From Camelus ferus (Eukaryota), in assembly GCF_009834535.1 (NCBI RefSeq), contig NC_045698.1, positions 14,448,001-14,512,000 of the forward strand: a DNA stretch of 64,000 nt. The letters are read 5' to 3'. A program made the position numbers and the translations under genes. Below are positions 38,440 to 50,900 of this stretch, one piece after another. The first letter of the stretch is position 1. Each line of letters begins with the position of its first letter. The notes below the pieces were generated by a model. It was not told the origin of the DNA. It made no database searches and was given only the letters and a program-made list of their open reading frames with translations.

Positions 38440-39990
38440 TAAGTTTTTCTATCTTCTCATCATTGAAAAAACAGATTGAGTTACTGTAAGGATCTCATTT
38501 CTCACCAGAGTTCACCCAACAGTTTCAATGAAATTCCAAATTATTTTAGGAATTCTCCAGTTTTGAAATACATAGGTGTGAAAAGATTTAAACACAGTCA
38601 AAACACAGTTTTGAACTTGAATATGATAATAAGTAACAAAATTCTTCCATATAATAAACACTATTGTAGTTATTTCAGTGCACTGCTGACATTAAGAGAG
38701 ACAAGTAGACTCGTCAACCAGAACAAGGAGCCCAGGGAAAAAAAGCATTTGTGAGTACCTAACGTACAACTGGGGTGGTATTAGCAAAACAAGATAAGCT
38801 TTTCAATAAATATTGCTTAGATAATGGGCTAAACATATAGGAAAAAATTAAAAGCATCCCCATATTGCACAACAGAAAGTAAATCTACAACTGCAGATAG
38901 TGAACTCTAAGAGAAAAACTTATAGAAAAAAAAGCAACTAGAGGGCTGTTTTTTATGCTTTGGGAGTAGGTAAATGTTTCACATACATCACAAAAGTTCC
39001 CAAATGTAAAGAAATTAATAAAAAAATTCTAATTTAAATTTTAAAAATTGGCCCAGCAAAATCCTCTGTTAAGAAAGTGAACACAAGCTACATATCATAG
39101 TTGATATTTTCAACACAAATATCTTATAATGGATCAGTAGGCATTAAATATAAGATGACAAAAAAAACTTTAAAACTACTCTAAATCCTTACGCTAAAAA
39201 TAGCAATATGATTTTTAAAATGACAAAAATTACTGAATAGGCATGCCATAGAAAAGGGAAATAACTATTCCATAAAACCATAACATACGATAATCCTCAT
39301 TGGTGAATAGACAGCTCAACTTGACACTCAATACAAACAAAAAACAGTGATACCAAACATTAGTAAATATGTGGATAATGGCCAACTTATACATTACTGA
39401 TGGAGGTGAAACTCTCTATTTGTTCCTTGTGGAGGAACTGGTATTTCCTGGAAAATTTACTCTAAGCATTTACTCCAGAGAGACGTTATACAAGTCTACT
39501 ATGATAGGAAAAGCATAGGAGGGAAATGTGTGGAAATTACTCTTGTGTCCATAACACAGAGTATATTAACAACAACAAAAAAGAGAATGTGGCAGCGTCA
39601 TACAATGTGATACTACAGAGCAGTAAAAGTGACTGAATTACAGCTACTTACATCAACTGTGATGATGTCAGGGGAAAAACGTCAGTATAGGAAATATACA
39701 TCAACTTACTTACATAAATTTGAAGAGCAAAAAAAAAAAAAAAAACTGGATTTCAGAGGCAATTTTGCAAACCTTTAGAGAAAGCAAAGGAATTACTGAC
39801 ACAAACTTCAGCTTACTGATTACGCAAGGGAAGAAGGGAAGGAAATGAGATCAGAGAAGAAGCTGTAGAAACTCAGCTGGTCTGTGGATACATAAATTAT
39901 CATTTTACCGTTGGGTTTTACTCTGTATGCTTTTTCAAAGTATTCATTTGTAGACATTAAATATTTTATTTTAAAGTTAAAAAAAAGAAG
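38440..39990 (+). mobile_element. Old LINE-1 (L1ME-like) ORF2 3' half and 3'UTR
   Basis: 'agcttttcaataaatattgcttagataatgggctaaacatatagga', 'aatatgtggataatggccaacttatacattactgatggaggtg' and 'tacaatgtgatactacagagcagtaaaagtgactgaattacagctac'. A-rich end near 39985. Confidence 0.8.
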
Positions 39991-40690
39991 TGAGTGAATG
40001 ACCTATTTCATCACGGATACGTATGTTCTGCATGAATAATACCTACTGGTACATGAGCAGCTCTCTTGCTATGGGTGGAAGATGCCATAGTAATGATAAC
40101 GAGGCATCATGGAGGGCAGTGGTCCACTGCTGTTCATCTCCAGAATTGCATGTTCCTTCCTTAGCAGAGAACAGTGTGTTCATTCTACTTTCTATTTGGA
40201 AGAAAAGCACAGCTAGTAGCTTTCCTTTTTTTTTTTTTTTTTTTCTTTTTAACTGAGTTCCTATAATTTATCAATGTAAAATTACATCCAATACCAAATA
40301 AAAATAATACTTCAAAATTGCATCGTTCAAAGAGGATGGCATAAGTATACAAAATCAGTTCACAATGTTCCCCACGGAAGTTTCCTCCTGTTCTTAAAAA
40401 CCTATCACAATTTCAAAATATTTTGGTCAAACTGACTCTCACTTTTCAGTGCAGAGAGAAAGTAATTGAGATAATGAATTTTAAAGCTAAGATGATGGGA
40501 ATACTTGTATGCCATTATGCAGAGAAATACACTAGTAATGTTCACAGAAGTCACTTTTTAATCCCATTTTTCTATTCTTGTGTGAGTCTAAGAAAGTATA
40601 TGGAAAGGCAATATGAGTATACTCCATTAAATGGCTCCTCTTATGTCACATTTTTTCATGGATCATTCAAAGGCAATAGAACCTTCTACG

Positions 40691-40783
40691 TTTTTTTTTT
40701 TTTTTTAATGGAAATACTTGGGATTGAACCCAGGACCTTGTCATGCTAAGCATGCACTCTATCCCTGAGATATATCCTCCCCC
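40691..40783 (-). mobile_element. tRNA-derived SINE, camelid Vic-1-like, with poly(A) tail and TSD
   Basis: The reverse complement reads gggggaggatatatctcagggatagagtgcatgcttagcatgacaaggtcctgggttcaatcccaagtatttccatt(A)16. The direct repeat AACCTTCTA flanks it at 40680-40688 and 40786-40794. Confidence 0.9.
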
Positions 40784-41628
40784 ACAACCTTCTATATGAA
40801 AACTATACTACTGGGGAAAAAAAAATGACCTCAGAAACAGGTCATGTATTTTTTCCTTGATCCATTAACAATATAACATAAAGATGTGATCTTTATAATT
40901 AAAAATTTTTATTGTCTAGAAAAATTTTCCCAAATTAATGATTTTTTAAAGAGTTACCAGTCCTCCTTATTCCCTCAGTTACTTCCTCTTACTCTGTTAT
41001 TTTGTAAATCTACCCAGTGAATTTGAAATTTAATCTCTATTTTATTACAAATGTAACTAATACTTTTTCCTGAATATTTTTCATGTTTCTATTGTGATCA
41101 AAATACTATTCATCTGCTTGTCGTATACTAGAGAAGGGACTTTATCATTTTCATCAGATGTGAGTTCTTTCATTGTTTAACTACTGCCTGAGAAAGAGGT
41201 CATGGTTCTTTTAATTTTCCTTACCTAACTATAAATATATAAACATATGACACTGTGTAGAATCAATTGTATATTAATCCTACCTATTCAGAGGTAAATC
41301 ATTCAAGCATATTTCTTTTTTAACCTAAATATTTATTTTAAAAAGTAATAGCAATGCAAAAATGCTCAAAATGCAATCAATTAAAATAATACTTTATGAA
41401 GTCTTCTTATTATTTACATTTAGTATAATGCAACAGTTTGCCTGGACTATTAAAAAGACTAATGCTAATTGCAAATATAATAATTCTCGAGCTTAAATGC
41501 TACAACCAAATCATCAATATTCAATGAAATTTGCCAATAATAATACTGATATTTGTGACTTATGAGCTAGTTTGCATACTGAATCCTTCAGGAGTCCTTA
41601 ATCAAAAAGTGCTTCACAATTATCACAA

Positions 41629-41745
41629 GGGAGGAGTTATAGCTCAGTGGTAGAGCACATGCTTAGCTTGCACAAGGTCCTGGGGTCAATCTCCAGTACT
41701 TCCATTAAAAATAAATAATAAATTTAATTATCCCCCCCAAAAACT
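41629..41745 (+). mobile_element. tRNA-derived SINE, camelid Vic-1-like
   Basis: gggaggagttatagctcagtggtagagcacatgcttagcttgcacaaggtcctggggtcaatctccagtacttccattaaaaataaataataaatttaattatccccccc. It has a Pol III A box (TAGCTCAGTGG), a degenerate B box and the AT-rich plus C-run tail I recall for Vic-1. Confidence 0.9.
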
Positions 41746-43013
41746 CAAGGAGTAAAATTTATAAATACTAATATAATTATTACTCAATCACTTCAGCAAA
41801 TTATTTTTAGTTGTGAAAGCTTGCCCTTAAAGAGAAATGCAAATAGGAGTTAAACATGAAAAAAACTTAATTTAATAGTGCACATATCAATATAATATAA
41901 AAATTTTCACCACCTTTATTACATTAATTCCAGAAACAATATCTTACTCTCCCTCAGATCACATAAACCTGGCAATTGGTAATATGCTTATTTTAATTAC
42001 TATATGTTGTGTCAAAAAAAGAGACAAACAAGAACAAACTCTTAAAATAGGGAGAGCTTGTCGGTTATCCAAGTTTTCTGAATGATTGAATCCATTATTT
42101 GATAATTATTTGTTCTAAAAAAATTCACACAGAATAGCATAAGTCCTAGATTTTTAAATTTCGAAATATTTGGCATTAAAAAATGTGTGGCTTTACAGTA
42201 ACACACAATGAAGGCTGCTTTTTCAGGAAGGGGGATATTTGTATGCTTTGCAGGGATGGGAGCTGGGATATTCATCAGGCAGAGCTTAAATTCTCCATTT
42301 CGCTAGTTGATAAATCTATTGGGATGTCTAGTTCTCCCAAGAATGATGTGCTAGCGATAAGAAGAAAGATATAAAGAAAAGAAGATTGATATCAGGATGT
42401 ATTTGGAGAGGGTTAAAAGAGAAGCCTGTGTAACTGGAAGATAGGATCTAAATAAACCCAATTCAATCTAAGACAAATGTTATCATTACCCAGAATTTAC
42501 CTAAGCAAAGTCAACATCAGTCATTTACATCAGATGGTATTTAACAGGCAACTTTGAAACAAAAATCTATTTTACATTGACTTTTTAATGTTTATGCCCT
42601 TTTTTCTAACTATGTTCCCTATTGGAGCTGGTACTTCTGAACAAAGGCAACTTTTTTTTTTTTTTTTTTGTAATACATAGAAAGGAGAATACTTCATTGA
42701 TAGAACTATAGTCCTGAAAGTCAAGAGAAAAAATTCCAAGGACAAGAGAAGAAACCCCTTTTTTTTCTGTATGAATGCTAATCATGTTTTTCCTTGTTGA
42801 GAAGAAAAATCAAACACTCTAGAAAAACTATCTCTTTAAGAACAGATGTGGAGTTCTGTAATTAACCCCAAATATTTAATTTCTATTTGACGGAAGTAGC
42901 ATTCAGTTTAAAAATACCAGTTTATTTGAGAATGCCCAGGGAAATAAGGTGCAGGAAGGATGCGACAGATTATAAGAGGCAAAAAATATGGCTGTAGAGG
43001 GTGCCAACAATGT

Positions 43014-43027
43014 AAAAAAAAAAAAAA

Positions 43028-43067
<40 letters not shown>

Positions 43068-43302
43068 AGAAAGAAAGAAAGAAAGAAGAGAGACGAGAGA
43101 GAGAGAGAGAAAGAAAGAGAAGAGAGAGAGAGAGAAAGAAAGGAGGAAGGAAGGAAAGAAGAAGGAAGGAAGGAAGGAAGGAAGGAAGGAAGGAAGAAGG
43201 AAGGAAGAAAGAAAGAAAGAACAGATAAGAAAGAAGATAGAAAGAAAGAAGGAAAGAAAAAAGCACGAAAGAAAGAAAGAAAGAAAGAAAGAAAAGAAAA
43301 GA
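43014..43302. repeat. Compound polypurine microsatellite (A)n-(GAAA)n-(GA)n-(GGAA)n-(GAAA)n
   Basis: About 290 bp that is almost entirely purine on the + strand; it produces the K/E/R-rich and F/L/S-rich spurious ORFs. Confidence 0.97.
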
Positions 43303-43344
43303 TAAGATTATATACAATATACAGAAAGTTAAGCTTATCTTCTA

Positions 43345-43910
43345 ATATGCTTATGCCTTGGGGACCTGACTTCCCAGGAGAGCCCTGGGGGCATGGCAAC
43401 CTCTACCCAGATTGCTAAACACGGAGTGACTGGGGGCTGCAGACATGCCACCCAGGCATGTGGGCTGCTGGACAAAGGGCTGACTCGAGGGCCAGGTCAC
43501 TGCAGAGAGTCCCTGCTAGGGTCATGTCACCACCTTGACCCCGTCTCCAGACCAGTGGAGAAACCGATGTGTAATTCTACCCTGTGAGAGCTGCAGGTAT
43601 GCAGCCCCAATCTTTAAGGCTATCCCTTTCTTCTTTCCCATTTCTCCCTTCTGCTTTGGGAGTTTTAGCCTGTGTCTGTCTCACCACTGCAGTTTGTAGG
43701 TATGCAACTTGTTTGCTTTCACAGTTTTACTGCTGGAAAGCAATTTGCCTTAGAGGTATTGTCTCACCCACATCTGATTTAGATGATATTTAGATGAGAC
43801 TTTGGACTTAGGCTTTTGAGTTTATGCTAGAATGAGTTAAGACTTTTGGGGCTATTGGGCTAGAACAAATGTATTTAGCATTTGAGGAGACATGAATTTG
43901 GGGAACAAAA
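43345..43910 (+). mobile_element. MaLR internal sequence, 3' part (MLT1A-int-like)
   Basis: 'aacttgtttgctttcacagttttactgctggaaagcaatttgcc...tctcacccacatctgatttagatgatatttagatgagactttggactt...gagttaagacttttggggctattggg...gacatgaatttgggg' is the MLT1A-int 3' end. The left boundary is uncertain. Confidence 0.8.
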
Positions 43911-44243
43911 TGCTGTGATCTGAATGTTTCTGTCTCCCTAAATTTTATATATTGAAAGTCTAATCCTCCAGGTAACGGTTTTAGGAGGTGAAGCCTTTGG
44001 GAAGTGATTAGATCAGGAGGGCAGAGTCTTCTTGAATGGGATTAGTGTTTCAGAGAGATTCTTAACCCTTTCTGACATATGAGGATATAAGGAGAAGTCT
44101 GTGACCTGGAAGAGAATGACCCAACCTTGCTTGCACCCTGACCTCAGACTTCCAGCTTCCAGAACTGTGAGAAATTAAATTTCTGTTGATGAGCGACCCA
44201 GTCTGTGGTATTTGTTATATAGCAGCTTAAAAGGACTGAGACG
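43911..44243 (+). mobile_element. MaLR LTR (MLT1A/MLT1A0-like), 3' LTR of the adjacent internal sequence
   Basis: Starts 'tgctgtgatctgaatgtttctgtctccc', contains 'cagacttccagcttccagaactgtgagaaattaaatttctgttg' and ends 'ggactgagacg'. Confidence 0.92.
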
Positions 44244-45774
44244 ATGACTAATTTTTTTCTTTGTTTGCTTGTTTCATATAGGATGGTGTTGACTGGAGGG
44301 AAGACTTTTAACATAGTATCTAGATGCTGTGCATGATTGTTTTCTTTCTGTCTTCTTGGATGACAGAGAATATTTTATATTTTGTACATAAGGAACCAAT
44401 GTCCACCAGTGGGATGAAAATAGAGAAGAAAGAGAAAATCATTAGAGCAGCAAAGTCCTATTGGTTAGAATAGAATCAAATAGAATAGTATAATAATAAT
44501 ACATTATTTCCTTTATAGAGAAGATAAAATTGAAGCTAATACGTAGAATAATTCAAATTAAGGTAACATACTTATAAATAGAACTATGTCTATCTGATTT
44601 CAAAGCCCACTCTTTTTTTTTCCACTACATCACTTTACCTTACATACTCTGTATACCACTTAAAAACTCGCTTGTGGATAGGAAGAAAACAATTAAAGTA
44701 AATAAAATAACTTTGCTGATGTAATAACTGCAAGGAGTTCCAAGAAATTATGAATGGCCACTATTATGCTCTGTCACAAACATATCTGTCCATAGTACCT
44801 GATGTCAATTTTTTTTCAATGTGATAGCTAAATTCTATGAAAATAAAGCAAATGTACCTGGACCAATACTAAGAAAAAAACTAATGCATATATTTAATTA
44901 TTTGGATTCAAACAATTTACTATATACAGATAATGATTTAAGACTGTGCAAAAGTATATTTTATTTAGAAAAGCAGCTAGCAGAATAGAATGTAAATCAG
45001 CATCTTTATTGCTGTATTTCAGCATCTCTCTTTCTATATTTGCAACTGCTCTCTACTTATGTAGGTAGGGCTTTTTACTATAAGCTATTAAGATGTCACT
45101 TACCACCACTCAATGTTTTATTTATGAATAAATGAAGATACCACTACTCAATGAACAAATATCAGATCCTATTATATACAGCGTGTTGTTTATAAAGATT
45201 AATACAACATGATCTTCCAGAATCAGAGCCTTATGTTCTTGTGAGTTTATTATACTGCATTTATAAAGTTGTTCTGATGTTCAAATAACACAAGAGGTTA
45301 GTATAGTCTATGGTAAAGAAAACATACGCTTATAAGGCTGAGGCAGATAATATGGGGAAATGATGTATGTTTGGTTTAAGAAACAACATGAATTAATAGG
45401 AAAAACAATAAATCGGAGACCTGATTGCTGACTGAGTGTGCCAGTCATTGCTACTTTCAATTAATGGATGCAGGGAGATAATGGAAAACCACTATTCCCC
45501 AGTTATTGCTATTTCAAGTTTGACGTGACATTTAGTTCTTTTACATGGAATTTCTGAATTCTCAAACCTTGAGAAAAAAAATTAAAACTTAAAAAATTAC
45601 AGTGTAAATCAAGCAAAATACATGTTTTATATTTGTTACATATACATTGTTAGTATTTGCTGCTTACCCATTTGGGATATCAGTTCTTTATCATCAATGC
45701 TGTCTGTAAATACGTGACTACCATGATGGACACCCAAACATCGGAACAGAGCTTCACCTCAAAGTTATACAGAA

Positions 45775-45864
45775 CAAGTGTTTTAAATCACCTAGCTTGT
45801 GGTATTTTATTATGGCAAAGCTTTTATTATGGTATTTTATTATAAAGCAAAGGAAATTAGTACA
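45775..45864 (+). mobile_element. MaLR (MLT1) LTR 3'-terminal fragment
   Basis: 'gttttaaatcacctagcttgtggtattttattatggca...aggaaattagtaca' matches the MLT1 terminus. A 14-bp internal duplication tggtattttattat lies at 45800 and 45830. Confidence 0.55.
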
Positions 45865-45914
45865 CCTGTTTCTGATCTGAAACACTTCATGTGTACATGG
45901 GGATAAAAGTCATA

Positions 45915-47995
45915 AATATTGTAACTCAGAATGGTAAAAGACTGAGTGACTTCCCATTAAAATCACTAGCAAGACATGGATGTCTTCACTTTGTTGTTTT
46001 AATCAGCATTGCATTATAAGCTCTAGCTAGTATAATAAGGCAAATAAAATAAATGAAAGCATCCATAACAGAAAGGAAGAACTAGAATTGCTTTTATTTG
46101 CAAATAACATGATTTTCTATGTGTAAAAAATAATAGAATGCTACAGAAACTAGTAAGCAAGTTAAGCAACTCTACAAGAGATAAGATCAATATACAGAAA
46201 TGCATCATATTTGTATACATTAGGCTGTCAACAACTGAAAATTAAATTAAAAAAAATTCAGCATACCATTGACTATAGCAAAATACTTATGGAAAACATG
46301 ATGAAGATGTGAATGGCTTTTACAATAAAAGCCACAAACATTGCTATGAGAAACTGAAATTCTAACTAAATGGAAACTTATACCATAGTTTATGTGTAAG
46401 AAGGTTTAACATTTGTAAGATATCAGTTTTCTCAAATTGATCTATAGATTTAACTAACCAAATTTCCAATAGATTTTGTTTTAGAAATTGACAGAATGAT
46501 TCTAAAATTTATATGGAAATGCAAAGGATCACAAATAGCAAACAACTTTGAAAAGAACACATTTGGAATATAAACACTATCTGTTTCAAATGTTATTATA
46601 AAGCTACAGTAAGCAAAACAATATGGGATTTACATAGGAAAGCCAAATAGATCTCCAAAATGGGGCAGAGTCCACAGATAGACCTACATATGTAAGGAGA
46701 ACTGATTTCCAACAAAGGTGCAAAGGCAGTTCAGTGTAAAAAAAAAAATGTAGTCTTTTCAACAATTGGTGCTGGAAGAATTGAATATACATATGAAAAG
46801 TAGAACTTTGAACCATACCTTGCACAGTATACAAAAATTAACTCAAAATGAACTATGAATCTCAAGGTAAAAGTTAAAAGTATAGCATTTCTAGAAGAAA
46901 ACATAACAGAAAACTTTTGACCTTGGGTGATATATATACATATGCATGTATCTTAGGTACAGAACTAACAGAACAATCTATAAAAGAACAAATTTGTAGC
47001 TTAGACTTCACCAAAATTAAAGACCTCTCATTAAAAGACCATAAGATAATAGAAAAAAAAAAACTATAGATTTGTAAAAAAAATTTGCACAGCAAAAACC
47101 TGAAAATGGACATGTACTCAAATATATAAGATGTACATAAATTAATAAGAAAACAAAAATCTCAATTTATGGCCACAAAATGGACATGTCTCAATAGTAG
47201 ATATGCAGATGGCAAAAAAAAAAAGTGCCAAGATAAGTGGCATCAATAATCTTTAAGGAAATGCAAATTAAAATCATGATTAGTTATAACCACACACATC
47301 AAAATAACTAAAATTTGAAAGTCATGTGCTGGCATGTTATGAGTGAGGATGTGGAGAAACAGGAAATCTCGTACACTGCTGTTGAGAAAGTAAAGTAGTA
47401 AAAATATTTTGTAAAAATGTTTGACAGTTTCTTAGAAAGGGAAACACATTTCTACAATATGATTAAGACACTCCACTCCTAAGCATTAATCCAGGAGAAA
47501 TGAAAGCATATGTCTACATGGAGACTTGTAAACAATAGCCCAAACCCAGAAAAAACAATCAAACAAACACATCTTCTTAAACAGATAAATGACTACACAA
47601 ATTGTGTTTTCTCTATCTATACAATGGAACGTGGTTTAGCAATAAAAATAAACAGCATGGATGAATCACAGAAGAGTTATGTTCCATGAAATAAACTAGA
47701 CCCTCTCCTCCACCAAAAAAACAAACAAACAATCAAACAAACTACTGTAGGATTCAATTTACATAAAATTTTTAGAAGTCAATCAAATGCATAGTAACAG
47801 AAATATGGTCAGTGTTTGCCTGGGTCAGAATGGATTGATTACAAAGAGGCTTAGAACCATTTTTTTCATGTTCCTTATCTTGATTAGGATAATAGTTTCA
47901 TGGATGTGTACAAGTATCAAAAAATTAGCAAATTGTAAACTTTAAGCATATGCAGTTTTCAGTATGTTGATTTTGCTTCAGTAAAGCTATTATTC
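45915..47995 (+). mobile_element. 5'-truncated decayed LINE-1 (L1MC/L1MD-like): ORF2 from the RT onward plus 3'UTR
   Basis: 'ttttatttgcaaataacatgatttt' (decayed FADD motif), 'aaaatttatatggaaatgcaaagga', 'aaggaaatgcaaattaaaatcatga', and 3' end 'aaattgtaaactttaagcatatgcagttttcagtatgttgattttgcttcagtaaagct'. Confidence 0.92.
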
Positions 47996-50900
47996 ACAAA
48001 CAAGAACAAATGTGTGCTTTTGCTAGATCAGAATATGAGTATTTTAATAAATGCAAAAGCAAAATATGAATTTCAGTATCTTACAAGAACACTATTCTAG
48101 AAAATATATTTTGGGATGTTATTACCTGGTAGAAAAAAAATGTTTGGAACTACTTCATTAAACAACATTAAACATATATACCTTTTTAAATGCAGGTCTG
48201 GACATTTGGTATCCTCTTTTGCATTGTGATTCGCTGAGAGGACTGTACAGCCTACAATCATCTTCCTAACCTTTTGACTATGGATCATTTTTTCTTGCCA
48301 GTATTATTATCATTTCCTCAAAGACAGTTCCAAGAGACAACATTTGGAAGACACCAGGACTCTGCTAACGCTAGCTTATCTACAGAAAACTGGGTTTACT
48401 AATAAGTAGTCAACCATATGGAGCCTGAACACAAGAAAATGTTACAGATGTTTTTAGGAGTTAGTTTTTCCACAACACTCCTGAGGAGAAACGATGCTGG
48501 GACCTTAGAATGTATCTTCTATTTGACAGTTACAGGAGACAAGCACTGCTTTCTGCTACTGTCCACTGAGATTAAGTCAATCACTTTCTTGTTCTGACTC
48601 CATTAAGAATCATTAAGATTAGAATTTGGGTTTATCATAATAGATTTTATAAGAGACAGAAAACATGCTGATTAATCGACATGCATATGGTGTTCCTCTT
48701 GTGTTATCTTTTCCCACTAAAATTGGAAGAAGTTAGGCTACATTCTTCTTGTGAGTGATGTCAGTCACTCCCCTAAGACCAATCAATTTATGGTCTGTAC
48801 AAAATACTACATTTTGTCAAGCATCTATAACACTTAGTACTAGACCACAAACCAACTTGACCTCATTGACGAATGACTTTCTCTGAGACCCTGCTGATTT
48901 CACCCGGGAGATCTCTTTTTTAACTAACATTTTGAACTAACACCTTTATGACTCCAATTATCAGAGACTAATTATTATAGAATCTTATAATGCAGTGTAA
49001 GAATTAGAAGTCAAGTTGCATTTGGGGCCAGTGAACTCTGTTCTGTTCCATAGCTAAACGGAGCAGAGTTAATTCTCAAGGATAGCACAAAGTTATTTCT
49101 CAAGGATAGCGCATGGCTTGTAATACTGTATGGCAGCTCATCTTTATGGGTTACTTGAGAAACTCTACCAAGGGGAAAAAAAAAAGCATAAATATTGATA
49201 TATTTTACTTTATGTTTATGAGGCGGTTCATCATAGAAGTTATTTTTTCAAGGCAAAAGTGTTTCTGCATTTTGCCTAGTTACAGTGTAGTTATCTCTTC
49301 TCAAAAAGAGAGAGCCCTTTTTACATTTATTTGGATTACAACACAAATAAAATACAGTTTACAGACTCCCTTGTAATTAATGTGAACCAATCTCAATGAT
49401 AACCTAGAACTTTATTTGCTTTACCTTTAGAGTTGAATTTTCTGAAAACTAAACTTCATTATGAAGATGAAGAAAATGTATCTTGTCATTCAATTCTCCA
49501 AGTGAACCAGCATACTTAACGGTATTGTTTTAAAATAATATGATATGAAATTGTATCAATATATTTATTTCCCTTTGTATATTTCTGTTTGCTATTTTTG
49601 ACATATACTTTGTATTACCTGTCACATACCACATATTGTATTTACTGTTAGAAATAAAGATATTAATTATGTAACATCTTTGTACTGGGGGAGCTCAAAG
49701 TCTAATGAAAGAAACAGGTGTATAAGCAAGGAATTATATGCAATCTTAATAGCCCTGTAATAAAAATATAAATAAGGTGTTTGAGGTCATAGCTCTAAAA
49801 CATCATTGTGTAATTTGCCACTATTGTCAGTTAAACAAGTACCTTATAAATTTAACTCTTGATATTAACGGGGACAGAGAAGTTCAATATTTAGTTGGGT
49901 CATTTTTTATACATAGCAGTAGTAGTTTTTAATAAGCTATACATATTGTGTAGTTGCCACTTATAATAGTAGCTAAATAACAATAACTATTTGTATATTT
50001 ATGCTAAACAGAAAATAAATGCTTCCCATTGTGAGAAAAAAAGTGCAATGCATTAGTAATTTAAGTCACCATAGTGTATATTTCAATTGCAAAAAGACTT
50101 AAATGGGTAAAATTGATACATAAAAATAAATTTTGCTATTTGAGTGTATTTCATGTGAGAACAATTTATACTTTTGCTTGATTGTTGGTTGAAAAATATT
50201 CAAAATCAGAGTGTGCCTTAACCCTTTTCTAGTGTGCCCTGTGTTAACATAATTGTCCACATCTCCGGTATTTTCATCTGAACATCGGTGACAGCCTTGG
50301 GATCCCTCAGCACACCAGCTTACACAATACTTCCTTCTTCCTGCCTTCATCTCTGGTGACCATGTTCATGATGCAGCTCACTGAAACTGTTAAGGGGAGA
50401 CTGGCTATTCCCCAAACACACACTACAGAGTCTGTGCACTGAGGATGCCGACTGGATAAAATAAAAACCACTCACATTCATCACAGTGTCTATCGCAAAG
50501 CTGGAAACTGCATGAATTCTACATAGCTTCTACAGTCTAGACAATAGTTGTCTTTGAGATTTCTCTTCTCCATTTAAGTTGAACACGAGCCTTTCAAAAT
50601 TAAATGAGCAACATGTCATCCTGATATTTCATTGCTAATATGGAATATATTTTCACCCAGGTATCTTTTTGAAAACTTTTCCTAAGAGTTATTGTGCATG
50701 AACTACAGTTCTGTGCCTAAGGGGTTGATATCTGCATTAGGCAAAGTAACGCAATTAGAGATACAATTTTTTTTTTTCAATTTGTAGAAAATTTCACTAA
50801 CTTTACTCTGAAACATACTTAAAAATAAGTTCAACTTACTTTACCTATAATCTCTCATTGCCAGATCAGAATTGATCAGTCTGTTGAGTCACACACTTAA

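Noticed and set aside
41629..41705. Possible tRNA-Ala gene
   Set aside because: The B box and stems are degenerate, an AT-rich SINE tail follows, and a second copy with poly(A) and a TSD lies nearby. It is a tRNA-derived SINE.
42908..43418. Long ORFs (up to 163 aa), K/E/R-rich or F/L/S-rich
   Set aside because: They are translations of a stop-free purine microsatellite.
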